A stretch of DNA of 64,000 nucleotides from a virus, in IMG/VR virus record IMGVR_UViG_3300040959_000769, positions 73,167-137,166 of that record; one strand, given 5' to 3'. Positions within the stretch are counted from its first letter, which is position 1; each line of letters starts with the position of its first letter. Both the position numbers and the translations under genes were made by a program. Shown one piece after another: positions 18,165-25,475 of this stretch. The notes beneath the pieces are model-generated. The model saw only the letters and a program-made list of their open reading frames with translations. It was not told where the DNA came from and did no database searches.

Positions 18165-19163
18165 ATGCCCGCAAGATTCGGACCTCCAACTCGAGACAAG
18201 TACGCCTATTACAGTCTTGACGAAAACGACTGCAAAACTGTCAACGAGATTGAGTACACAAATTACAAAGGTGGAGTAATCCACTTCCACAACGTTTTCA
18301 ACGTTGACCGAGACGTAATTTTGCCATACATTGACGAAATGGCATACGTGCCATCATGTGGTCTTGAAATCATCAAAGACGACGAAGGCAACATGCTCCA
18401 CGGCGAAACTTTTGACGGCAAAATCGTGGACATGAAAGATCTACTCGCACTACCAATGCGGGTCGGCGGTATGGGGATGCCTGAACCAGTCAACCCAAGC
18501 ACGCCACACGACGTCAGAAACTTTTTTGAGGGTGTTGAGGAAAGTTTGTATCACTGCCTAATCAGGTACTGTGATATTTACCCACTTATCGTCAACTCAA
18601 TTTGGTGGCGAATGAGAGGACACTGTCTCAAGTACATGCCAGGAGCGAATCTGGGTCTCCACAACGACAACGACACCAACACCTTCACCATTGATGGGCA
18701 GAGGTACTACAGCGAACGAGAGATCGCTATGTACCAAGTCGTGAACGGTCTGGCTTATTTCAACGATGACTATGAAGGTGGAGAAATGCACTTCCCCTAC
18801 TTAGACATCACGGTAAAACCAAAAACCGGAGACATCATTCTTTTCCCTGCCAACTATGTTGGAACTCATGGAGTGGCGCAAGTTGGAGAAGGAGCACCTC
18901 GATACACCTACCTGACGCAGTTCGGTCATGGCGGAGAGCACAAATACGAAGTACTGGAGCCTCAGGAAAGCGACATGTGGCTAGCTCCGGTGTATGTGCC
19001 TTACCTGTACCAAGATCACGTCAAGTTCTCCCATTCGGGCTACTCGCACCTGGACACGTCAAAAGACTCAGCGTTAGGTTTCCACGCCTCAACTATTGAG
19101 ACGCAGCAACGCTCAAAAGAGGGCGCTCCAGTCGGAACTAAGATTCCGTACGAAGAGGAGTGA
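18165..19163 (+). CDS. 2OG-Fe(II) oxygenase, prolyl-4-hydroxylase-like
   Basis: LKYMPG..LGLHND, YFNDDYEGGEMHFP, THGV, RY. Confidence 0.85.
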   Translation: MPARFGPPTRDKYAYYSLDENDCKTVNEIEYTNYKGGVIHFHNVFNVDRDVILPYIDEMAYVPSCGLEIIKDDEGNMLHGETFDGKIVDMKDLLALPMRVGGMGMPEPVNPSTPHDVRNFFEGVEESLYHCLIRYCDIYPLIVNSIWWRMRGHCLKYMPGANLGLHNDNDTNTFTIDGQRYYSEREIAMYQVVNGLAYFNDDYEGGEMHFPYLDITVKPKTGDIILFPANYVGTHGVAQVGEGAPRYTYLTQFGHGGEHKYEVLEPQESDMWLAPVYVPYLYQDHVKFSHSGYSHLDTSKDSALGFHASTIETQQRSKEGAPVGTKIPYEEE

Positions 19164-19809
19164 AAGGAATAGTTCCTATCAGAGTTCCATGACCAAAGAA
19201 CTCCAGATAGGAAATACGTTCCCCTGACGTTACTGGCACAACTTCGTGAGTGCCTAAGAAACCGGCAGGATAAACAAATGCTGTTCCCGCTTCGGGGGCG
19301 AAATGCTTGTCGATGTATTTGAATCCAAGATCGCCACCGACGCAATCATCTTTCAGAATCAGAGATCCGGTCAGGACGCTGTAGATCGCTTTTTCGCTTT
19401 CCGAACCAGCACCAACTAAGTTGTCGTTGTGATATCCCATGTATCCACCCGGTTTGTAGGTAGCGACATGAGGCACGGCTCTCCACCAAATGTTTTCTTT
19501 TGCGTCAGGGAAGAAATTGAAATATTTGGTGACACATTCACCCATTGATTTTTCAAGAAGTTCTGCAAACTTCAGATCGTCGTCAGTGGTGTTCACTTTA
19601 AGTTGCAGAAGACGACCTGGGGAAGCATTGACCTGCTCCTCTGTGAAGATGTAGCCACCCCTATTCATGTACGTGCCATCATCCTGCAAGGTGTAGTCGC
19701 TTGGTTCTTGTTCGCGACGGCGTTCAAGCCATCCTTCAAAAAACGAAGCATCAATGTCTAGGACATTTCGATACTCAACGATCCCAAAGCCGTGATGGAT
19801 TGCTTCCAT
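19138..19809 (-). CDS. 2OG-Fe(II) oxygenase, P4H-like
   Basis: TYKPGGYMGYHND, GGDLGF, GTHEVVPVTSGERISY. Confidence 0.85.
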   Translation of the reverse strand: MEAIHHGFGIVEYRNVLDIDASFFEGWLERRREQEPSDYTLQDDGTYMNRGGYIFTEEQVNASPGRLLQLKVNTTDDDLKFAELLEKSMGECVTKYFNFFPDAKENIWWRAVPHVATYKPGGYMGYHNDNLVGAGSESEKAIYSVLTGSLILKDDCVGGDLGFKYIDKHFAPEAGTAFVYPAGFLGTHEVVPVTSGERISYLEFFGHGTLIGTIPFTPLRTES

Positions 19810-20390
19810 TACTTCTCGTCAGGGAATTCGGTTCCACGCTCGCGGTCATTGCGGAGACGCTTCACCTCTTTGGCTGAGGTTTCATGAACCTCGGGTGTCC
19901 AGTACCCGTCAGTGAAAAGATCAGCAACCTCCTGAGCCCTATCTCCTGACAGGTACAGGGTGTGCTCATTTGTGTAGCCTTCACGACCGGGATATGGCCA
20001 TCCATAAAGTCCGGCTTCAACATAATCAATGCCTGCTCCGGTGATGATGGATGCAATTTCCTGTTCGGACTCTTCGCCCCAGAGACCGTTGGCGTCAACG
20101 TAAAGTCCGTTGTAGCCACGAGATGCAACATAGTTCGCAATCTCAAGTGGAGCGCCACCAAAAGCAATGCAGAAAATGATGTCGCATTTTGCGAGCATCG
20201 CATCAAGGGTCACGAGATCAGTGAGATCAAACTCTGCTGCACGTTCGTGTGTTGCCTCAGAGCGATCAGCCGATGCCCAGACAACCCTGTGCCCGCTCTT
20301 ACACAAAGCATAGGCAAGGGTGCCGCCCATCTTTCCTGGGTGGGCAATTCCAATTGTTTTATCCGACTGGGGGGAGTATTGAGTATCCAT
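19809..20390 (-). CDS. NAD(P)-binding 6-phosphogluconate/3-hydroxyisobutyrate dehydrogenase-like protein
   Basis: IGIAHPGKMG Rossmann motif, CDIIFC, LYVDAN, YVEAG. Confidence 0.75.
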   Translation of the reverse strand: MDTQYSPQSDKTIGIAHPGKMGGTLAYALCKSGHRVVWASADRSEATHERAAEFDLTDLVTLDAMLAKCDIIFCIAFGGAPLEIANYVASRGYNGLYVDANGLWGEESEQEIASIITGAGIDYVEAGLYGWPYPGREGYTNEHTLYLSGDRAQEVADLFTDGYWTPEVHETSAKEVKRLRNDRERGTEFPDEK

Positions 20391-21189
20391 CTTCCATGTA
20401 CACATTCGTTGAGATTCGGGCAAGGGTAGGGTGTTCTTGTGGGTCAACCACATTTTCGCAAACATCAGGGTTTGGCGTACCTTGACAATACCACCCCAAG
20501 TAAGAGTAGCGCCACCCGCCAGTCACGGGCTGCACTTCATGCGCTGCAACATAATTAGACGGGAAGAAAAGCATGTCGCCTTTCTTTATGTCTTCGTGTT
20601 TGATATCTAGGTATTCGAAGTTATGAGCACCACCAGTGAAGTTCGTTCCGTCAAGCTCATCCTCCGACTTGACGTTGTCGTTCAGGTAAGCCACAACCGA
20701 AACGCTGTTGCGAGTGGCCAACTGATCACGAGGATGAGGCTTGCCGTACTCGTAGTCAGTACTCACATCTGCGTGCATTCCTAAAAACCCGCCAACCGGA
20801 TAAGCAACAATGTGGCTTTTGATCTTCCACCAAATGCACTTACCGGCAATTGGGAACATTTCTAGATACGAGAGAAGACACGCATCTCGGCGCTCCTCAA
20901 TGTAGTCAAGGACATCAATTACTTCAGAGCGGCTGTCCTGATGAACGAAACTCCCACGCCACGGCATCTCATCCAACGAATCTTTCTTAAAGAAATATCC
21001 GCTCCGATTGATGTAGCCGTCCTCACCAGTAATCGGGTCAACACCTGGCGTGTACATGGTCTCGCGCTCTGCCTGCAAAACGTCCTTGCAGTATTCACGC
21101 ATCCAATCCCAGTCAAGGTTGAACACGTTCTCAAAGAGGACGACACCACCACCGAGGTGTGTACCAACAGGATTATCGCTCATATTCAT
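20359..21189 (-). CDS. 2OG-Fe(II) oxygenase, P4H-like
   Basis: VAYPVGGFLGMHAD, VAYLND, FTGG, AHEVQPVTGGWRYSY. Confidence 0.85.
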   Translation of the reverse strand: MNMSDNPVGTHLGGGVVLFENVFNLDWDWMREYCKDVLQAERETMYTPGVDPITGEDGYINRSGYFFKKDSLDEMPWRGSFVHQDSRSEVIDVLDYIEERRDACLLSYLEMFPIAGKCIWWKIKSHIVAYPVGGFLGMHADVSTDYEYGKPHPRDQLATRNSVSVVAYLNDNVKSEDELDGTNFTGGAHNFEYLDIKHEDIKKGDMLFFPSNYVAAHEVQPVTGGWRYSYLGWYCQGTPNPDVCENVVDPQEHPTLARISTNVYMEDGYSILPPVG

Positions 21190-22741
21190 GTTCCCCCAGT
21201 TCAAGCATGTATCCAACATAGTCGTGGATGCGCTCAATGATCCGCTTCCGGTCATCGTTATCTCGAAGATGATTGAAACAACCGTAGATGGTGTCAATAG
21301 CAAACTGAACCAAGAAATCCTCGGGAGGATCGTGACCCCTGAAGCCTTCGTATGTCATGAAAGACAAATTATGGAAGTCCCATGGGCGAAACTGCAAAGG
21401 CTGGTGTGGGAACCAATCGGGATAATGCCATGCATGTCCGGCGTGCCGCATGTCTGGATGCCAACGCAGATACGCACGAACCTTCTCAATGACTGTCAAC
21501 GTGTCGTCGTCATTTGGTGCTTGCTTCATGAAGTCTTGATGCGGAGGGAACCCGCCATGCATGTCCCCGTTGCGAGAAAACAGGAACGACTGACCCTCAA
21601 GATCAAACCCTTCCATGTGGGCTTTGCTGTAACGCATCAAGTTAGCGAAAATTCGATCCTCCGGATCCATCTTCACTGGGTAGACATGGAAGTCCTCGCC
21701 AAACGGTTCATTGTCAAAAAACTCTTTCAACTTGACGCCACGCTCAGGAATGTTCCCATCCTTGGTGAAGATGAAAAGCGTTACCTTCTGAAATAGACAC
21801 TCAAGTCCCTCAAGGGCATAGATTCCCTTTGTGAAGACAAGAGGAATGTGGTCAGGGTTCGGACCTTTTGACTTGTCCTTATCAACGCCAGGGTATGACT
21901 GTACGTCACCAAAGTTCTCGTTACCATCAACCTTGTACTCGGGATCGTAGAAAGGCTTCTCCTTCCCTACCTCTACCCGCTGGAAGACCCTATCCTCTCG
22001 CTCCCAGCCATTGTAAAAACCGTGCATTACGGCACGATTGTCCCAGATGACTACGTCGCCTTCTTGCCACGTCCACTTGTAACGATTAGCTTCTGTTCGG
22101 CAATACTCCTCAACCCAGTCGTAGAGTTCTTCAAACCATGGGGTGCTCCCCCCGTCAAGTTGGGTGCCTGGTCCGGTCCAGTAAAGAAGAGTTTCTCCAG
22201 TATCCGGATGTGTTCGCAAGGCGGGATGGCTGACAACGTCACGTCCTGCGGCTCCAGTCTCCGCCACGAAACGAGCCGTCGGCAGGTGTTCCTTAATGTG
22301 CTCAGGACACTCTTCGTACAGATTTACAAGACTCACCCAGAATGTGTGACCGAAATCTTTATCAACACGGTAGGTCGTCATATGGATGGAAGTAACCGCA
22401 GGAGGAGCTTCCAAGAACGGGTTATCTACATGCCAGTTCTCTTTCAGAAACTGTTCAGGATCCGTTTTATCTTCAACATTCTTGACCGTTGGGTGATTTA
22501 CGCCCGCAAGAAGACCACCGTTGAAATCTTCATCAACTTCGCCTGTGTAGATAGCGTTGACCAGTTTCATGTGCTCCTGGTCGGTTGGGTTCATGCCGAT
22601 GAAACCAACCATCTTGTTCTTGTTGAAAATCAACTTGAAATACTCTGGGTCATCAAGAACTTGCCGGGCAGTGATGCCTCTCATCTTGAAACCGAGGTTG
22701 CCTAGTTTCAGTCCTAAGGCGATTCCGCCAAAACCTTTCAT
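21173..22741 (-). CDS. TauD/TfdA-family dioxygenase with unknown C-terminal domain
   Basis: WHVD, GHTFWVSLVNLYE, HPALRTHPDTGETLLY, WQEGDVVIWDNRAVMHG..R. Confidence 0.85.
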   Translation of the reverse strand: MKGFGGIALGLKLGNLGFKMRGITARQVLDDPEYFKLIFNKNKMVGFIGMNPTDQEHMKLVNAIYTGEVDEDFNGGLLAGVNHPTVKNVEDKTDPEQFLKENWHVDNPFLEAPPAVTSIHMTTYRVDKDFGHTFWVSLVNLYEECPEHIKEHLPTARFVAETGAAGRDVVSHPALRTHPDTGETLLYWTGPGTQLDGGSTPWFEELYDWVEEYCRTEANRYKWTWQEGDVVIWDNRAVMHGFYNGWEREDRVFQRVEVGKEKPFYDPEYKVDGNENFGDVQSYPGVDKDKSKGPNPDHIPLVFTKGIYALEGLECLFQKVTLFIFTKDGNIPERGVKLKEFFDNEPFGEDFHVYPVKMDPEDRIFANLMRYSKAHMEGFDLEGQSFLFSRNGDMHGGFPPHQDFMKQAPNDDDTLTVIEKVRAYLRWHPDMRHAGHAWHYPDWFPHQPLQFRPWDFHNLSFMTYEGFRGHDPPEDFLVQFAIDTIYGCFNHLRDNDDRKRIIERIHDYVGYMLELGEHEYER

Positions 22742-23463
22742 GAAGGCTCCTTCAGTTGTGGGTGACCCTCAAATGCGGGGCCAATACGATTACCGTTTTC
22801 GTCTAGCCCAGTTCGGATGCCACCCATCCAAGTCCAAGGCTGTTCTTGCAACTTCTTCATCTTTGCATCACCGTACGACTGTCGAGCAGCAGACAAATCT
22901 GGCTTGTCCCAGTAGTTCTCAACTGTGAACTCAACGCTTGGCATCAGAGAGTTGTCGTAAAACTGGAAAAACATAAAAGGTGAACCAGCAGGAAAAATAA
23001 CTGGCTGACCAATTTTTGTGATCTTCCAGTTCATGTTGAACTCGTCTGGCCACCAGTCAGATGGAATGTGCGCCGTTAAAGGAACAGCCCCATCAACAAA
23101 ATAGTTAGGTGACCCGCTTATCCACGTGGACACTCCTGGAGGCGTTGAGAACGTCCACCCAACAGTGAACGACATAATCCCAACAATGCTGGGCATAACA
23201 ATGTCACGTTCGTAAGTCTGACCATTTGTCTCAAACGTCATCTTCTCGCCGGACAGGACACGAGGAACAGTCAGCCCCCCGTCCCATTGAATAACAACAT
23301 CTTGTTGGAGAAGAACCTCCCAACCGTTGACGTTTGCTTCAGTCAGGGGAAGACACTTGTATGCATGCTTCTTGTAGGTGTCATCCATCCAGTCGCGTCG
23401 AACTGACGCTTGCTTTATCTCAGGTGGATTTTGATGTGTTCTAGTGAGAGTTACATCCATCAC
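22738..23463 (-). CDS. DUF6065-like protein
   Basis: AYKCLPLTEANVNGWEV, TPPG..TWISGSPN, SDWWP..F.MNWKIT, FPAGSPF resemble DUF6065 as recalled; needs HMM confirmation. Confidence 0.65.
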   Translation of the reverse strand: MMDVTLTRTHQNPPEIKQASVRRDWMDDTYKKHAYKCLPLTEANVNGWEVLLQQDVVIQWDGGLTVPRVLSGEKMTFETNGQTYERDIVMPSIVGIMSFTVGWTFSTPPGVSTWISGSPNYFVDGAVPLTAHIPSDWWPDEFNMNWKITKIGQPVIFPAGSPFMFFQFYDNSLMPSVEFTVENYWDKPDLSAARQSYGDAKMKKLQEQPWTWMGGIRTGLDENGNRIGPAFEGHPQLKEPS

Positions 23464-24161
23464 TGAATAGCCATCGTCTGACCGCTGGCAACAGGAATTC
23501 CCATTGTCGTATCTTGCTGCGCCGAGTACCCACCTCCGCCGTGGCTCTGGTGGTTACGGTCGTTGTAGTCATACATGGTGACGGCAGAATACTTGATTCC
23601 ACTCTTTACAGGCTGAGAAGCATGAGCGTAAATGAAATCACTTGGATGGACAATGACATCACCTGCTTCGGGGACAAACTGAAGGTTTTTGTACGGCATG
23701 ATGTACTCGCCGCCTTCGTAGTCGTCATTCAAATACCCAATAGCAGACACGGCGCAAGAATAAGAAAACCCAGAGTCAGGATGAACTGAGAAATGCTGCC
23801 CCTCGCCATAGCGAACGAAGTTGGTGGCTTCTTCATAGTCAAGTTGCAAGTTGTACATTGACGAGTAGTGCTGCACGCACTGGCGTACACCAGAAATAAC
23901 TTCCTCGTACACCCGTCCAAGATCTGCGAACTCTTCAGGAACAGGGATGTCTGCTTGACGCAACTTGAAGTCAACGCAATCTCTGTAATCCTTCATCACC
24001 TCGTAGTCTCCAACTGTCGCCTGCTTCCATGAGAAGTATTCGTGGGTGCTCTCAGCGAGACCGGTTTCAAGTCGAGCGATGAAGTTTGAGTCAGGTGCCC
24101 AAACGTCTTTGTACAGCATGATGCCGTCGGTCGGGTTGCCCAAGTATCCGCCAATTCTCAT
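23460..24161 (-). CDS. 2OG-Fe(II) oxygenase, P4H-like
   Basis: FVRYGEGQHFSVHPD, YLNDDYEGGE, YAHASQPVKSGIKYS (Lys at the 2OG-binding position). Confidence 0.88.
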   Translation of the reverse strand: MRIGGYLGNPTDGIMLYKDVWAPDSNFIARLETGLAESTHEYFSWKQATVGDYEVMKDYRDCVDFKLRQADIPVPEEFADLGRVYEEVISGVRQCVQHYSSMYNLQLDYEEATNFVRYGEGQHFSVHPDSGFSYSCAVSAIGYLNDDYEGGEYIMPYKNLQFVPEAGDVIVHPSDFIYAHASQPVKSGIKYSAVTMYDYNDRNHQSHGGGGYSAQQDTTMGIPVASGQTMAIQ

Positions 24162-24164
24162 TAT

Positions 24165-24797
24165 TTACCTCAGTTCAGTGATTGTGTAGAAAGAAGGGGT
24201 AGTCCATCTTTCTCCACGGGTAATTTGTTTTACACCATGAAGATAGTGGACATCACCTGGATGTGCTACCGCTAAGCCTGGTTTTATCGGAATTTCAATA
24301 TCGAACTCAGGGTAATAAAACTCGCCACCATCAAAATCTTCGTTCCAGTAAATGATTGAGTTCAGGTCATACAGAGGGAAAGGATTTGGCTTTCCGTCAT
24401 TCAACTGTTTATCCGCGTGTGGTTGCTGCTCATTGCCTGGAAGCCATCTGATAAGTACTGGCGGGCGCTTGTATAGAGCAACGTTGAATTTGTCCTCCAA
24501 CACTTTTTGCATCTTGTCAATATATTTATCAATCAGATTAAATATATCTGGGGAGATGCGTTTGAGGATTTCGCCACTACACATTCGATCCCACCAATAG
24601 GAGGCGTCGTAAATACACGTGCCATCTTCATCAAATTCGTCACCCATAGGATTTTCCCACTCTTCAATAGTCGGGAAAAACTTTTGCAGGGTTTTCAGAT
24701 CATCTAGATCTACGAAGTTTTCAATGACTGTGATGTTCTCTGCTGTTGTTCCGAAGTGACCTGGTTCAACTAGCGATTTTTCTTCAACTTGTTCCAT
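24165..24797 (-). CDS. 2OG-Fe(II) oxygenase, P4H-like
   Basis: IRWLPGNEQQPHAD, YWNEDFDGGEFYY, YLHGVKQITRGERWT. Confidence 0.88.
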   Translation of the reverse strand: MEQVEEKSLVEPGHFGTTAENITVIENFVDLDDLKTLQKFFPTIEEWENPMGDEFDEDGTCIYDASYWWDRMCSGEILKRISPDIFNLIDKYIDKMQKVLEDKFNVALYKRPPVLIRWLPGNEQQPHADKQLNDGKPNPFPLYDLNSIIYWNEDFDGGEFYYPEFDIEIPIKPGLAVAHPGDVHYLHGVKQITRGERWTTPSFYTITELR

Positions 24798-24799
24798 CA

Positions 24800-24863
24800 G
24801 GTAAGCGAACTTACCATAAACATAGATCCCTCGTCCACCACGTTGGCAGTCAAGGGATCTATG
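24800..24863 (-). promoter_or_regulatory. Two intergenic hairpins between the repeat gene and the first oxygenase
   Basis: Plus strand CATAGATCCCT (24821-24831) pairs with AGGGATCTATG (24853-24863). On the minus strand GGTAAG-TTCG-CTTACC (24800-24815) lies 2 nt before ATG 24797. Confidence 0.55.
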
Positions 24864-24881
24864 TCACTCCTCTTGTTTTTC

Positions 24882-25469
24882 CTACTTAAAGCTCGGCGGG
24901 AAGAAAGGCGGGAAGTGTGGTGGGAAGTGAGGCGGGAACCACGGTGGGAAGTGTGGTGGGAAGAACGGTGGGAAATGTGGTGGGAAGTGTGGAGGGAAGA
25001 ACGGCGGGAAATGTGGCGGGAAGTGAGGTGGGAAGTGTGGAGGGAAGTGAGGTGGGAAAAACGGTGGGAAGTGCGGAGGGAAGTGAGGAGGGAAAAATGG
25101 TGGAAAATGCGGAGGGAAATGGGGAGGGAAAAACGGCGGGAAGTGGGGTGGAAAGTGCGGAGGGAAGAATGGCGGAAAGTGTGGCGGAAAGTGAGGCGGG
25201 AAAAACGGTCCGATTGCGCGAACAGAAATAGTTGTTCCCAAAGGAATTTCAGTGAAAGTGGTTGTGAGGTTGTATTCCTGACCGTCAACAATGATGTCAT
25301 GCGCTTTACCGACATCACCTAAAACACTCGTGTTTAGCGTATCGACAGCTTCAGAAACGGCGGAAAACCCGAGATTCTGCAACGACACCACGAAATTGCC
25401 AGCGTCTGTGAGATCGGTATACGTGAACGTACCTAAAGGTAGTCCGCTTCCGCCTTTGTTACCTGCCAT
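24882..25469 (-). CDS. Pro-Pro-(His/Phe)-Phe tandem-repeat protein (86-aa N-terminal domain plus repeat tail)
   Basis: 195 aa; starts 6 nt after the fibre stop; synonymous Pro/His/Phe codons vary between units, favouring this frame. Confidence 0.85.
   Translation of the reverse strand: MAGNKGGSGLPLGTFTYTDLTDAGNFVVSLQNLGFSAVSEAVDTLNTSVLGDVGKAHDIIVDGQEYNLTTTFTEIPLGTTISVRAIGPFFPPHFPPHFPPFFPPHFPPHFPPFFPPHFPPHFPPFFPPHFPPHFPPFFPPHFPPHFPPHFPPHFPPFFPPHFPPHFPPFFPPHFPPWFPPHFPPHFPPFFPPSFK
24885..25211 (-). repeat. Coding 12-nt tandem repeat: GPFF + 26 x PPxF (17 His, 7 Phe, 1 Trp, 1 Ser) + K
   Basis: Counted from the translation; higher-order PPHF-PPHF-PPFF (36-nt) period. Confidence 0.95.
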
Positions 25470-25475
25470 CAGTCA

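Noticed and set aside
24885-25211. Short direct repeats as a possible CRISPR array or non-coding satellite
   Set aside because: 12-nt period with no unique spacers, and variation concentrated at synonymous positions of one reading frame.
24789-25322. Plus-strand W/R/E-rich ORF (and 24917..25231)
   Set aside because: Antisense frames of a purine/pyrimidine-biased repeat lack stops automatically; no SD or operon context on that strand.
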